Positions 17,772 through 25,931 of a DNA stretch of 64,000 nucleotides are shown here, piece after piece. Position 1 is the first letter of the stretch. Each line of letters starts with the position of its first letter. This DNA is from an uncultured Nitrososphaerales archaeon (GTDB lineage Archaea > Thermoproteota > Nitrososphaeria > Nitrososphaerales > Gagatemarchaeaceae), in NCBI GenBank assembly GCA_963706445.1, contig OY970160.1, forward strand, positions 1,600,001 to 1,664,000, in the 5' to 3' direction. The notes under the pieces are model-generated. The model was given only the letters and a program-made list of their open reading frames with translations. It had not been told where the DNA came from and did no database searches. The translations under genes were made by a program, and so were the position numbers.

Positions 17772-19040
17772 ATGATATCCCCTGAGCCGAAGCAGGCGTC
17801 GGTGGAGCGACTGATGGCAGTGGCCAAGCTCGCGGAATCGACGAAGAAGAACTACCTGATGAGGGTTAACCAGTATGTCAAGGAGGTGAAGATGGGTCCT
17901 GATGAATTCGTCAGGTCGGTGAAGGCCAGGCCCAAGAAGTTCGAAGAGTCGTTCATCGAGTTCCTCCAGGCGACGGCAAAACGCTCAAGCCCGTCGACGA
18001 CCATGGCTTACAGGGACTCCCTGAAAAGGTTCCTGGAGATCAACAGGGTAAGGGGAATCGACTGGGACTATGTGGGCGATTTCGTGCCCAGCGCCAAGAA
18101 AGCTGGCCAGGACAGGGCGCCGACCCTGGAGGAGATCCAGAGGATCGTCGACGTCTCAGATCTTAGGATGCGGTGTCTCGTGCTGTTCCTTTGCTCGACT
18201 GGGGCGAGGATAGGTTCGATTCCATATCTGAAATGGAGTGACGTCGAGGGGGTGGAGGTCGAAGAAAAGAAGTTCGCCAAGGTGACCATTTACAGGAACG
18301 AGCCGGAGGCGTATATCACATTCATGACGCCGGAGTCCTACGGATTGCTATTGGAGTACAGGAAGTTGAGAGAGGGCATAGGCGAGCATGTCACGGCGGC
18401 CTCTCATGTCTTCGTGACCCAGGGCAACGCCAGGGATTTCGACCCCGCCGGGGTAAGGCAGGTATCTATCAATACGCTGAAGAATCAACTGGGGAAGTTG
18501 CTCGAAAACCTCGGGATGAGAACGGCGATAAGCCAGCGAGGACGATACAAGACCTACGAATTCAAGCAGGCACATGGTTTCAGGAAGTTCTTCAAAACGA
18601 GGATGGAGGTCGCTGGGGTCAAGCCGCTAGCCGTAGAAACCATGATGGGGCACAACACCGGGCTCGCGAGAAGCTACTACAAGCCGACGGCGGGGGAGCT
18701 AGCGAACGAATACTCGAAGGCCATTGATGAGCTGACAATAGTCAGGCCCCAGCAATCGGTGGCTAAGGACGCGATACTCGCTACAATAAGAAAGGAAATG
18801 CTGATCGGGAGGTACAGTGAAGTGGAGATTGGGAAGATTGGGGACCTGTCAAAGCTCACCAACGAGCAGATGGTTGAGCTACTGAATAGGAGGGCTCAGC
18901 CGGCAGCCCCTAAGGTTGCGGGGACCGGAAGTCAGAGGGTGGTCCCAGCCAGCGATGTCAAGGGAATGATCGAACAGGGGTGGGAGTATCTGACGAAGCT
19001 CCCCGATGGGTATGTTGTCATGAAGCTGCCGAAGCCCTAG
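17772..19040 (+). CDS. Tyrosine recombinase/integrase
   Basis: Catalytic residues R (STGARIG), HxxR (AHGFRKFF), H (MMGH) and Y (RSYYKP); N-terminal core-binding domain; C-terminal extension. Confidence 0.95.
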   Translation: MISPEPKQASVERLMAVAKLAESTKKNYLMRVNQYVKEVKMGPDEFVRSVKARPKKFEESFIEFLQATAKRSSPSTTMAYRDSLKRFLEINRVRGIDWDYVGDFVPSAKKAGQDRAPTLEEIQRIVDVSDLRMRCLVLFLCSTGARIGSIPYLKWSDVEGVEVEEKKFAKVTIYRNEPEAYITFMTPESYGLLLEYRKLREGIGEHVTAASHVFVTQGNARDFDPAGVRQVSINTLKNQLGKLLENLGMRTAISQRGRYKTYEFKQAHGFRKFFKTRMEVAGVKPLAVETMMGHNTGLARSYYKPTAGELANEYSKAIDELTIVRPQQSVAKDAILATIRKEMLIGRYSEVEIGKIGDLSKLTNEQMVELLNRRAQPAAPKVAGTGSQRVVPASDVKGMIEQGWEYLTKLPDGYVVMKLPKP

Positions 19041-19092
19041 AACCGAAGCATAGAATAGGGCAAATCCGCCCCATCGCATTTCTTGAAGTGGG

Positions 19093-19248
19093 TTATTCCT
19101 CTCCGCGCTCTTTCTTGTGTCGTCTTAGGTGCTCTCTGACCATCGAGTCAAGTTGCTTCTGGTAGAGCGAGACGAATGACTTGCCACACTCGGGACACGA
19201 GGCGGTCAGGACTCGGGGCATCTCGGGTTGCTTTACAAGCATATCCAT
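19093..19248 (-). CDS. Small C2H2 zinc-finger protein (51 aa)
   Basis: CPECGKSF...REHLRRH; ATG at 19248 with a TATATA box about 20-25 nt upstream. Confidence 0.75.
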   Translation of the reverse strand: MDMLVKQPEMPRVLTASCPECGKSFVSLYQKQLDSMVREHLRRHKKERGEE

Positions 19249-19326
19249 ACCCCTACCGGTATGGATATATAGAACTTGCGCCGAAAACCTCAGATGCTTA
19301 TATAGCCCACTGGTATGGGTATGGGT
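19243..19326. promoter_or_regulatory. Divergent promoter with back-to-back TATA boxes and repeated GGTATGG(A/G)T operator-like motifs
   Basis: ATCCATACC (19243-19251) / GGTATGGAT (19258-19266) inverted pair; GGTATGGGT at 19312 and 19318; GATATATAG and CTTATATAG between them. Confidence 0.55.
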
Positions 19327-19554
19327 ACCCCTTACGACGGTGGACCGGGTCTTCACCCATCCATAAGTGACGGCGATCACGCCGGTGAGATTTCACTGGT
19401 GGGATTGAAGGAGAAAGCTCGCCGCATCCTTCCTCCCAATAGCCCGGCGAGGAACTTGATTCTGGCTGAGAAGGACACCCTCCCGGTAGGGGAAGCGCTA
19501 GCGAAGTTCGAAGTCTTCGACAGGCTCCTCATGAACGAGCTGAAGGTGGCATGA
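19315..19554 (+). CDS. Small hypothetical protein of the type often found beside archaeal integrases
   Basis: Helical core LKEKARRILPPNSPARNLILAEKDTL; stop abuts the next gene; start uncertain. Confidence 0.55.
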   Translation: MGMGTPYDGGPGLHPSISDGDHAGEISLVGLKEKARRILPPNSPARNLILAEKDTLPVGEALAKFEVFDRLLMNELKVA

Positions 19555-19555
19555 A

Positions 19556-20194
19556 GTGTACTTTGTCTATAGATGCCGAAGCTGCGGCGCCGAGCTCCTG
19601 GACGGGTCGAGGGACAATCTGAGGCAGAGGGTCCGGGAACACCCCTGCCCTAGGAGCGGCCAGGTGGTCATCTGGGAGGCGATAGGCCGCCCGGCGGTTC
19701 ACGAAAGGACCAAGCAAGATCGCAACAGGAGATTACGAGAACAGAAGCTTCGGGCACTGGAACTCGTATGCGGGAAGGTGGAACCGCTTGGGAGAGGTGC
19801 GTCAATGGTGAACTCGCAAGTTGTGGTCAAGTGTGCCCATCCGGGGTGCGAAGTCCAGGACCCTAGTAAGCTCGAGTTGTACCTGAAGGATGGGAGCAAG
19901 AGGCCGCTGACTAAGTCGGGAGGGAAGAAGTGGGGGACGAACCTGTACCCGGGAATTGTGGCGGGTCATATCGATCCGGATCCTTTCATTGTCGTGTGCA
20001 AGATGCATAGGACGATGTACACTTCAAGCAGGAGATGGCAACCAGTCGCCCCAAAGCTTGGACACTCGACTGGAAGGCCGGAAGAGGAGGCACGGACGGT
20101 CACGGTTGGGGAGCTATTGAGGACGCTATTAGCAAAACGGAGGAAGTCTGGAGAATCGGAAGAGGCGGGAGTGGAGTGGAGCCAGAGGACATGA
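19556..20194 (+). CDS. Zinc-ribbon protein with a degenerate HNH-like domain
   Basis: N-terminal CRSCG...HPCP; C-terminal KCAHPGC...LELYLKDG...NLY...FIVVCKMH resembles an HNH scaffold but lacks the catalytic DH. Confidence 0.55.
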   Translation: MYFVYRCRSCGAELLDGSRDNLRQRVREHPCPRSGQVVIWEAIGRPAVHERTKQDRNRRLREQKLRALELVCGKVEPLGRGASMVNSQVVVKCAHPGCEVQDPSKLELYLKDGSKRPLTKSGGKKWGTNLYPGIVAGHIDPDPFIVVCKMHRTMYTSSRRWQPVAPKLGHSTGRPEEEARTVTVGELLRTLLAKRRKSGESEEAGVEWSQRT

Positions 20195-20604
20195 GCGGAT
20201 GCACTTGCATGTGGGTTAGGGCTGGATTGGGTTCTGGGTGGCCAGGCGGCGATAAGAAATCAACGAATTTCCAAGGAAAACCCGACATTGGTCAAGGTGG
20301 CGGACATTTAGAGGGGCTCTCCTACTACCTCTAGTACCCAAGACATTGGTCAGGAGGGTTGCTGTCTAGGGGTTCGAGGAATGTCCGAATATGGACCGTG
20401 TGGAAACCTAACGTTAAGGCGCTACTTTGAGACAGAACAGGGCTTGGTTTGGTGACTGGTGCCTGCCTAGAGGGCTCCCCTCCCACTTGGGCCCACCTCA
20501 TGGGAGTCTAGGAGCCGAGCGACAAGCGATAACTTAACGCCTGACCATAACAAATATTCGATTGGTCACTGTAGGTTTCCGAATGGGGAGATGGAGTGTT
20601 GGGG

Positions 20605-20739
20605 TCAGGGTGTACTCCTGAATCGAGCTTTGAAGTGCTGGCACTCTTCATGCTTGACCATCACATCGTACCACTCTCCGCATTGTTCACAGTAGTACCA
20701 GCGGTTGAGACTGAAATCCCATGGAGGCCTCCGTGGCAT
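20605..20739 (-). CDS. 44-aa Cys/His metal-binding microprotein
   Basis: MPRRPPWDFSLNRWYYCEQCGEWYDVMVKHEEC; ATG at 20739 with a CTTAAG box about 25 nt upstream. Confidence 0.5.
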   Translation of the reverse strand: MPRRPPWDFSLNRWYYCEQCGEWYDVMVKHEECQHFKARFRSTP

Positions 20740-20820
20740 AGCCAAAACAAGGAACGCGGGGCCCTTAAGCCTTGACTCTCCAAAGAAAGGGGGCGGTGGC
20801 GAATCGAATCGCCCAAGTGG

Positions 20821-21217
20821 GAGAATCTGGAGCGCCTGAGCTCCAAGGATAAGAACCACTTCCTGACCCGACAACTATGAGGCCATGCTCTCGATGAAGA
20901 CCATCGACCTGCTCTTCCAGAACTTCAAGTCCGACCTGAAGCTGGAGGAGATCATCCTGAACTCGCGGAGGCTCGCCAGCTTCCTTCTGGGCAGGAGCCA
21001 GAGCCTGGAGTTCGTCCTGAGGCCGGTCGTAGTCAAAGAGGCGTTCGTGAAGGACGCCGTGAAAGAGATGATCCTGACGAAATCGCATCGGGAACTGGGG
21101 ATGAACAAGAGCACGCTTTGGTATCAGAGGAAACACATGAGAGAGACCGGGTCGGTAAGGCTTTACAACAAGACGAAGCAGTATTTCGTCTCTAACCCGA
21201 GTTGCAAGAATTTTTAG
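20821..21217 (+). pseudogene. C-terminal remnant of a solo Cas1 / casposase (HTH tail)
   Basis: ENLERLSSKDKNHFLT / (frameshift) DNYEAML...NSRRLASFLLG...LEF...KEMILTKSHRELGMNKSTLWYQRKH resembles the C-terminus of casposon-type Cas1 as I recall it. The catalytic N-terminal part is absent. Confidence 0.55.
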
Positions 21218-21247
21218 GATAACGGGATTCGGCAGTGCCCCGCGGAA

Positions 21248-22153
21248 TTGGTTGCCGACCCTCAAGCCACCTTACTGAGCTATTTGACGCAAGAAGTTTC
21301 GGCTCATGGGACGATACTCGTTGGCTTGATTGCGGCCATGTTCGCTTACTTCACTCTCAAGGGACACGAGTCGTTCTCGAAGACAGTTCTTGGAACCCCG
21401 AAAAGAGGGTGGAATGAAGTACTTTCAGCATCGGCATTGCTGCTACTTGTGGCGGGAGTCGTCTTCGTCATCGGAAGGATGATGAGCTATGGTCAGTTAA
21501 CCTACTTCACGATTTACAATAATCCAATTGCGAATCAAAGTCTGGGGACATACTACACAGCAGTTCATAATGCATCGATCTCGTTCGGTGCTCCACGGAT
21601 AGTCTTAGAATACTTTCCTAGCGACTTCTGGGCAGGAGGGCTATTCTCGATATGGGTAGGCGGCTTCTTGACATTGATGCTCTGGAGACCACGAAGAATA
21701 TCCAGGTGGCGCCTCATTTTCTCTGGAGTAATGTTAGTCTTCGCTCTGTTTTCGTCGGTACTAGTTAGCCATATTTTAGCGAACGGGGCAGACAGGGATT
21801 ACGTGTTCATTTTACTTTACGTTGCATACTTTCTAGCCTCAGTAGGAAATTGGCCGATTCCATGGCGTGACCTGTTCAAGGGAATCCCCGTGGGCAAGAT
21901 GGCCATCATTTACCTTGACAATGACCAAACAATCGGAGGCAAAGTCACACAGAGAAGCGGAGGGGAGATGACAATCGAAGACGCTTCTATGATTGCGGTT
22001 CACCATGTCCTAGGCGGTGCAGAGCCTTCCTTTGAGCCCACAAGCGGAATGGGGGATGTCAACATCCCTGTCTCATCCATCCTCAGGTGGAGCCCGTTTC
22101 CCACCAGTCTTGCCGAAAAATGGAAAAACCTCCCTAAGAACCAATCAAAGTAG
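21248..22153 (+). CDS. Hypothetical multi-TM membrane protein with a C-terminal beta-rich, possibly Sm-like, domain
   Basis: About 5 TM segments; tail IIYLDNDQTIGGKVTQ...MTIEDA...DVNIPVSSI; locally lower GC. Confidence 0.6.
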   Translation: MVADPQATLLSYLTQEVSAHGTILVGLIAAMFAYFTLKGHESFSKTVLGTPKRGWNEVLSASALLLLVAGVVFVIGRMMSYGQLTYFTIYNNPIANQSLGTYYTAVHNASISFGAPRIVLEYFPSDFWAGGLFSIWVGGFLTLMLWRPRRISRWRLIFSGVMLVFALFSSVLVSHILANGADRDYVFILLYVAYFLASVGNWPIPWRDLFKGIPVGKMAIIYLDNDQTIGGKVTQRSGGEMTIEDASMIAVHHVLGGAEPSFEPTSGMGDVNIPVSSILRWSPFPTSLAEKWKNLPKNQSK

Positions 22154-22442
22154 CTCTGCTTACGCATCGAAGCCAAGTCCTGCTTCTCTCCATTCACGCA
22201 GGCGCGTTACGGCGACACTGACGTCTACATTTCTCAGTCACTCGAAGCATCTGAAGTGCCTTAATCTATGCCGTGAAGTGCTGAGTATAGTGACTTAACA
22301 AACCCTTCCAAGGACTCGATTGGCTGGGGATCATACATTCGACCCCAACAGGACGAGGTATTCCCGGCGGGGGTGCGCCATTGCTAAGACTTTTCATATT
22401 GGGCAGGGCCCGAACTGGAGAAGAATTGCCGCCCTAGTGTAA

Positions 22443-22901
22443 TCAGGCCGACGTGACTTTGAGCAGACCGCTCTGCATGGCCCAGTGTATCGAACAGAAG
22501 ATGCTACAATAGATTCGGAAATCCCCGCTCTTATCAGCGACGAAGGACACGTGCAGAACCTGGCCTGGCACAATTGTGATGATGTTGCTGTCGTAGTAGT
22601 ACGTTACCTGGAATCCATGCGCTTGGAAGTCGGTGTTGCAGACTGTGATGTTCACAGTCTGGTTTTGCTGGACGGTCATCACCGGCCACGAATTTGTAGG
22701 CACACCATGGGAGATGCTGTCGTTGTAACCGTCACTGCTCGCAACTATAAGGAACCCGTCGGCGGGCTTCACGCACTCCAATGGAAGAGAGGTGGAGGTA
22801 GTGGTCCTGCCCCGGCTTGCTAGGTAGAACGCGGTGGTAAGGATGGCGCCGACAAGGACTACAACCAAGACGACAAGGATAATCAGCTGGTTTGGCTTCA
22901 A
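22443..22901 (-). CDS. Membrane-anchored cupredoxin with a CuA-like site
   Basis: N-terminal TM anchor; HGF...GDFRIYCSIFCSIHWAM (COX2/NosZ-type ligand set). Confidence 0.82.
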   Translation of the reverse strand: MKPNQLIILVVLVVVLVGAILTTAFYLASRGRTTTSTSLPLECVKPADGFLIVASSDGYNDSISHGVPTNSWPVMTVQQNQTVNITVCNTDFQAHGFQVTYYYDSNIITIVPGQVLHVSFVADKSGDFRIYCSIFCSIHWAMQSGLLKVTSA

Positions 22902-22918
22902 CCACTGTCAGAGCCAGT

Positions 22919-23809
22919 TTACGAATGGAGGAGAGCCGCCAGATAAAGGCAAGTGAATCCCAGAATCATCATCAAAGCGATCTTTGTTGATTCCAATTTT
23001 GAACCTGCGCCCTGGAAGAGCGGTCGAGCAAGCCTCAAGGCGGCGTAGGTCGAGGTCCCAAGGCCAAAAGCGAACACATAGGTAAAGTCGATATTGGGAA
23101 ACGCCTGAATCAGATAGTACGAGCTCGCTCCCCCGATTATCCCCGGCAAAGTGAAGGCCAGGGTCAGGACGACGAGGTCCTTCAGACGGCCACCCATGTC
23201 CTTCGTGTGGGCCTTTGCGTAAATCCAATATGCTGCGCCAACCATCATGGGCTCCAGTCCCTTATGCAGCACGAAAGCTGTCCCCGCTGATAGGCCGCCG
23301 AATGCGTCTATCAGGTTTGTACTCGAAGATGTTGCTGCAGTAGCGCCAACCGCGGCTCCCTCGCCGAAGCCATGGATTCCTACCGCAACGGCTACGAGCA
23401 GTGGTATCGCAAAGCCGAAGCTGACCCCAACGGACCCCTCGGCGAACATCTTGGTGTCAAGGGAGAATAGGAGAACCACGCCGATCGCGAAGACCACCCA
23501 CAGGGCGATATGCCAGCCGCCCCCAGTGAATCCCTCACTGACCCCGAGCAGCGAAGCATCCCCGATGGTGTCCGAGAAGAACCAAAGGTATAGACCGATG
23601 GCGAATGCCGCGAGGTACTTCCCACTGAGGTATCTTGCCGCTGCAGAGATTATTAAAAGCCCAATGAAGGTCGGAATCAGAAAGGTTGCGAGAACAGCGC
23701 CGAAGGTTTCAGCGAAACCTATCAAATTGCCGAACTCCCAACCCTTACCGGAAGAGTATGAACCGCAACCGAGGAGGGCTTCCCCTTCGCTGGGAACGGC
23801 ACCTCTCAC
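22919..23809 (-). CDS. ZIP-like divalent metal transporter
   Basis: IHGFGEGAAVG and LHKGLEP match the ZIP TM4/TM5 motifs; about 8 TM segments; start uncertain. Confidence 0.7.
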   Translation of the reverse strand: MRGAVPSEGEALLGCGSYSSGKGWEFGNLIGFAETFGAVLATFLIPTFIGLLIISAAARYLSGKYLAAFAIGLYLWFFSDTIGDASLLGVSEGFTGGGWHIALWVVFAIGVVLLFSLDTKMFAEGSVGVSFGFAIPLLVAVAVGIHGFGEGAAVGATAATSSSTNLIDAFGGLSAGTAFVLHKGLEPMMVGAAYWIYAKAHTKDMGGRLKDLVVLTLAFTLPGIIGGASSYYLIQAFPNIDFTYVFAFGLGTSTYAALRLARPLFQGAGSKLESTKIALMMILGFTCLYLAALLHS

Positions 23810-23897
23810 GAGTAGGGATGTTTAGTTATTCAGCATTGTGGCTCAAACGGCGAAACCTAAGAAACCTTAAGTCGATTCGTAGGGTGAAATAATCGCC

Positions 23898-24236
23898 TTG
23901 TCATTACCAACCCTAATTACTTCAAACCAGGACGACATCATGCATTTTGTCCTGCTCGTGCTTTCCGTCGTCCTTATGGCCGTATCCGCAAACGGGTTTA
24001 GGAGGAGACCAAACAGCCGGTACTTTTTCCTCATGCTGGCCTTCATTTTCTTCTGTCTGGATCAAGCAATCACGTTCTATCAAGAAATCTATCTGAACGG
24101 CCTGCTGATTTCAATTCCAATTCTCAGCTTGCATCTCGTCCACCTCCTAGAACTATTGATGAGCGTCAGCTTCCTGACAGCTCTGCTCAGGCCTTTCTCC
24201 CTTGGTCGGAGGGACGTGCAAGAAAGTGGATTCTGA
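23898..24236 (+). CDS. Small 3-TM membrane protein
   Basis: Hydrophobic ORF overlapping the downstream regulator gene. Confidence 0.65.
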   Translation: MSLPTLITSNQDDIMHFVLLVLSVVLMAVSANGFRRRPNSRYFFLMLAFIFFCLDQAITFYQEIYLNGLLISIPILSLHLVHLLELLMSVSFLTALLRPFSLGRRDVQESGF

Positions 24237-24759
24237 CAACATCAACCGTCAGCAAACCAAGCGACTGATATCGTTGTTCCCTGGCGTCCACCTCCGAATG
24301 CTTTCGAGATACCTTGGAGTATCTCTGAGCACGGCCCGATATCATCTGGCAGGCCTCCAGAGAGACGGCGAGGTCTACTGCAGGAAGGAAGGGGGGCATC
24401 TCAGAGCCTATCCCCTCTGGGCAACCGACGAACGTAGCAGAATGATATATGCCGTTCTCCAGCAAAAGGCGGTAAGGAGGATTCTTCGCATAATGCTCAG
24501 AGGAGAGCATGGGGAAGAACCAATGAAGACAAACAGTTGGATTTCGGGTGAGGCCCGCCTTTCCCAATCGACAGTGAGCGAGTATCTAGGCGCGCTCCAG
24601 GATCTACAGGTGGTCAGAAGGATGACCAACAAGGAAGGTCGCGCAGCATTTGAAATCGCAGATGAAGACAAGAGCCTCCTATCGACCGTTCTAGCGTCTT
24701 ATGAGGGTAACTTCGCTTCTAGGGCCACAGACAATTACGTTGACCTCTGGGAGTTCTAG
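24202..24759 (+). CDS. Winged helix-turn-helix transcriptional regulator (double HTH, ArsR-like)
   Basis: PGVHLRMLSRYLGVSLSTARYHL and LSQSTVSEYL; C-terminal DNYVDLW. Confidence 0.8.
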   Translation: MVGGTCKKVDSDNINRQQTKRLISLFPGVHLRMLSRYLGVSLSTARYHLAGLQRDGEVYCRKEGGHLRAYPLWATDERSRMIYAVLQQKAVRRILRIMLRGEHGEEPMKTNSWISGEARLSQSTVSEYLGALQDLQVVRRMTNKEGRAAFEIADEDKSLLSTVLASYEGNFASRATDNYVDLWEF

Positions 24760-24782
24760 GTCGGGCCGGCCTGCCTTGCTCT

Positions 24783-24825
24783 GTTAACTGCTGTAATTTT
24801 TCTGAAAATTTTTGCAGCAGTTAAC
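24783..24825. repeat. AT-rich inverted repeat / hairpin between convergent genes
   Basis: GTTAACTGCTG (24783-24793) / CAGCAGTTAAC (24815-24825) perfect arms, with further internal pairing. Confidence 0.7.
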
Positions 24826-24856
24826 CTGCCTACTCCTGGAGAGAGAGGGCCTAATG

Positions 24857-24884
24857 TGCGGTCGCCGGGATCTGAACCCCGGTT
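24857..24884 (-). repeat. tRNA 3'-end fragment (tRNA-Gly-like), probable att scar
   Basis: Minus strand AACCGGGG-TTCAGAT-CCCGG-CGACCGC-A is a T arm plus 3' acceptor strand plus discriminator, with no 5' half. Confidence 0.6.
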
Positions 24885-25104
24885 CCCTATGCGAATTATT
24901 GGTGACTGCGCGTTGATTTCGATATATCTTGCGGCGAGTGCCAGGCGGAACCACTTCCGTGGCACTTATAGCCGACCCGCGGCACCAAGCCGACTCCGAA
25001 GATCCAAACTAACTGTCAAATCCACCCGCTTTTCAGACCAACACATCTATTCTTTTGTGAAATAAGTGGGCTTTATTACCGCCTTACATGAAGTTGCAAC
25101 GACC

Positions 25105-25755
25105 CTACCTCCGCCTCTCTGTCACTTCTTCATGCTCTATGACAACAACCGAGCCGAGCACGAACCTGTGGTCGATCGGACCAAGTATCGAAATGTTGAA
25201 GGAATCTCTGACCGAGACCCACTTCTTGTGGACCTGGGCCACATCAACGCCGTTGGCCTGAAACCTGTAGTCATGCTCGACGAAATTGCCATAGATTCTG
25301 ACGAACTGGTTCCCGTTCAGCTCGAGCCAGTACTCGCTTCCTATCAGCCTCGCGATCTTCTTCTTTATCGCCGCCAGCATGTTCCCTCCAGAATCATAGA
25401 TGTCGAACTCCCTTCGCAGCGAGACCAGCTTACCGTTTACGCTCAAGATCTGAGCCCCAGTGGAGTCCAGAACAGCGAACTTCGCGGGGAGCTGGAAGAA
25501 GTTACCATCGGCCTGACCCAAGGGCGTGCCAGAAGCGTCCTGGATGTCGTAGTGCTCTCGCACTGAGACGATCTTTTTGTTGAGAGTCAGCTCGTTCGCG
25601 GTAAGCAGGAGCGTCTGTCCGACGGTGGAGGGTGTGGGCGAAGACTGCGCCGGGGAAGCATCTGCGTCAGAGGTCGGTGATACGGGCTTGCCACAGGACG
25701 AGCAGAAACTGGCGTCAGCCAGCAGCGAGGCTCCGCAATAGCGACAGAACACCAT
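25105..25755 (-). CDS. Zinc-ribbon + LURP-one/scramblase (Tubby C-like) protein
   Basis: FCRYCG...FCSSCG, a linker, then repeated KKIVSVREHYDI / KKWVSVRDSF beta repeats. Confidence 0.85.
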   Translation of the reverse strand: MVFCRYCGASLLADASFCSSCGKPVSPTSDADASPAQSSPTPSTVGQTLLLTANELTLNKKIVSVREHYDIQDASGTPLGQADGNFFQLPAKFAVLDSTGAQILSVNGKLVSLRREFDIYDSGGNMLAAIKKKIARLIGSEYWLELNGNQFVRIYGNFVEHDYRFQANGVDVAQVHKKWVSVRDSFNISILGPIDHRFVLGSVVVIEHEEVTERRR

Positions 25756-25931
25756 CTTCGATTGCTAGTCGGAGGCGGCTCGATATAAGCGTCGGATCCG
25801 GGCAACCCCAGATCCAGCATCGGCATTATTGATTTGCGTCTTCGACCCGTTTCAGAACCACTCCCGTGGTCTTCTTATCCGACTCGAGACATACTTAGCG
25901 TGTTACCTCATAGCAAGATGACTCTTCGGGA

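Noticed and set aside
20821-21217. Functional CRISPR-Cas system or intact casposon
   Set aside because: No repeat-spacer array, other cas genes, family B polymerase or Cas1 catalytic domain seen in the window.
22359-22382. Another tRNA 3'-end-like fragment (ATTCCCGGCGGGGGTGCGCCA)
   Set aside because: No TTC loop or paired T stem; too weak to call.
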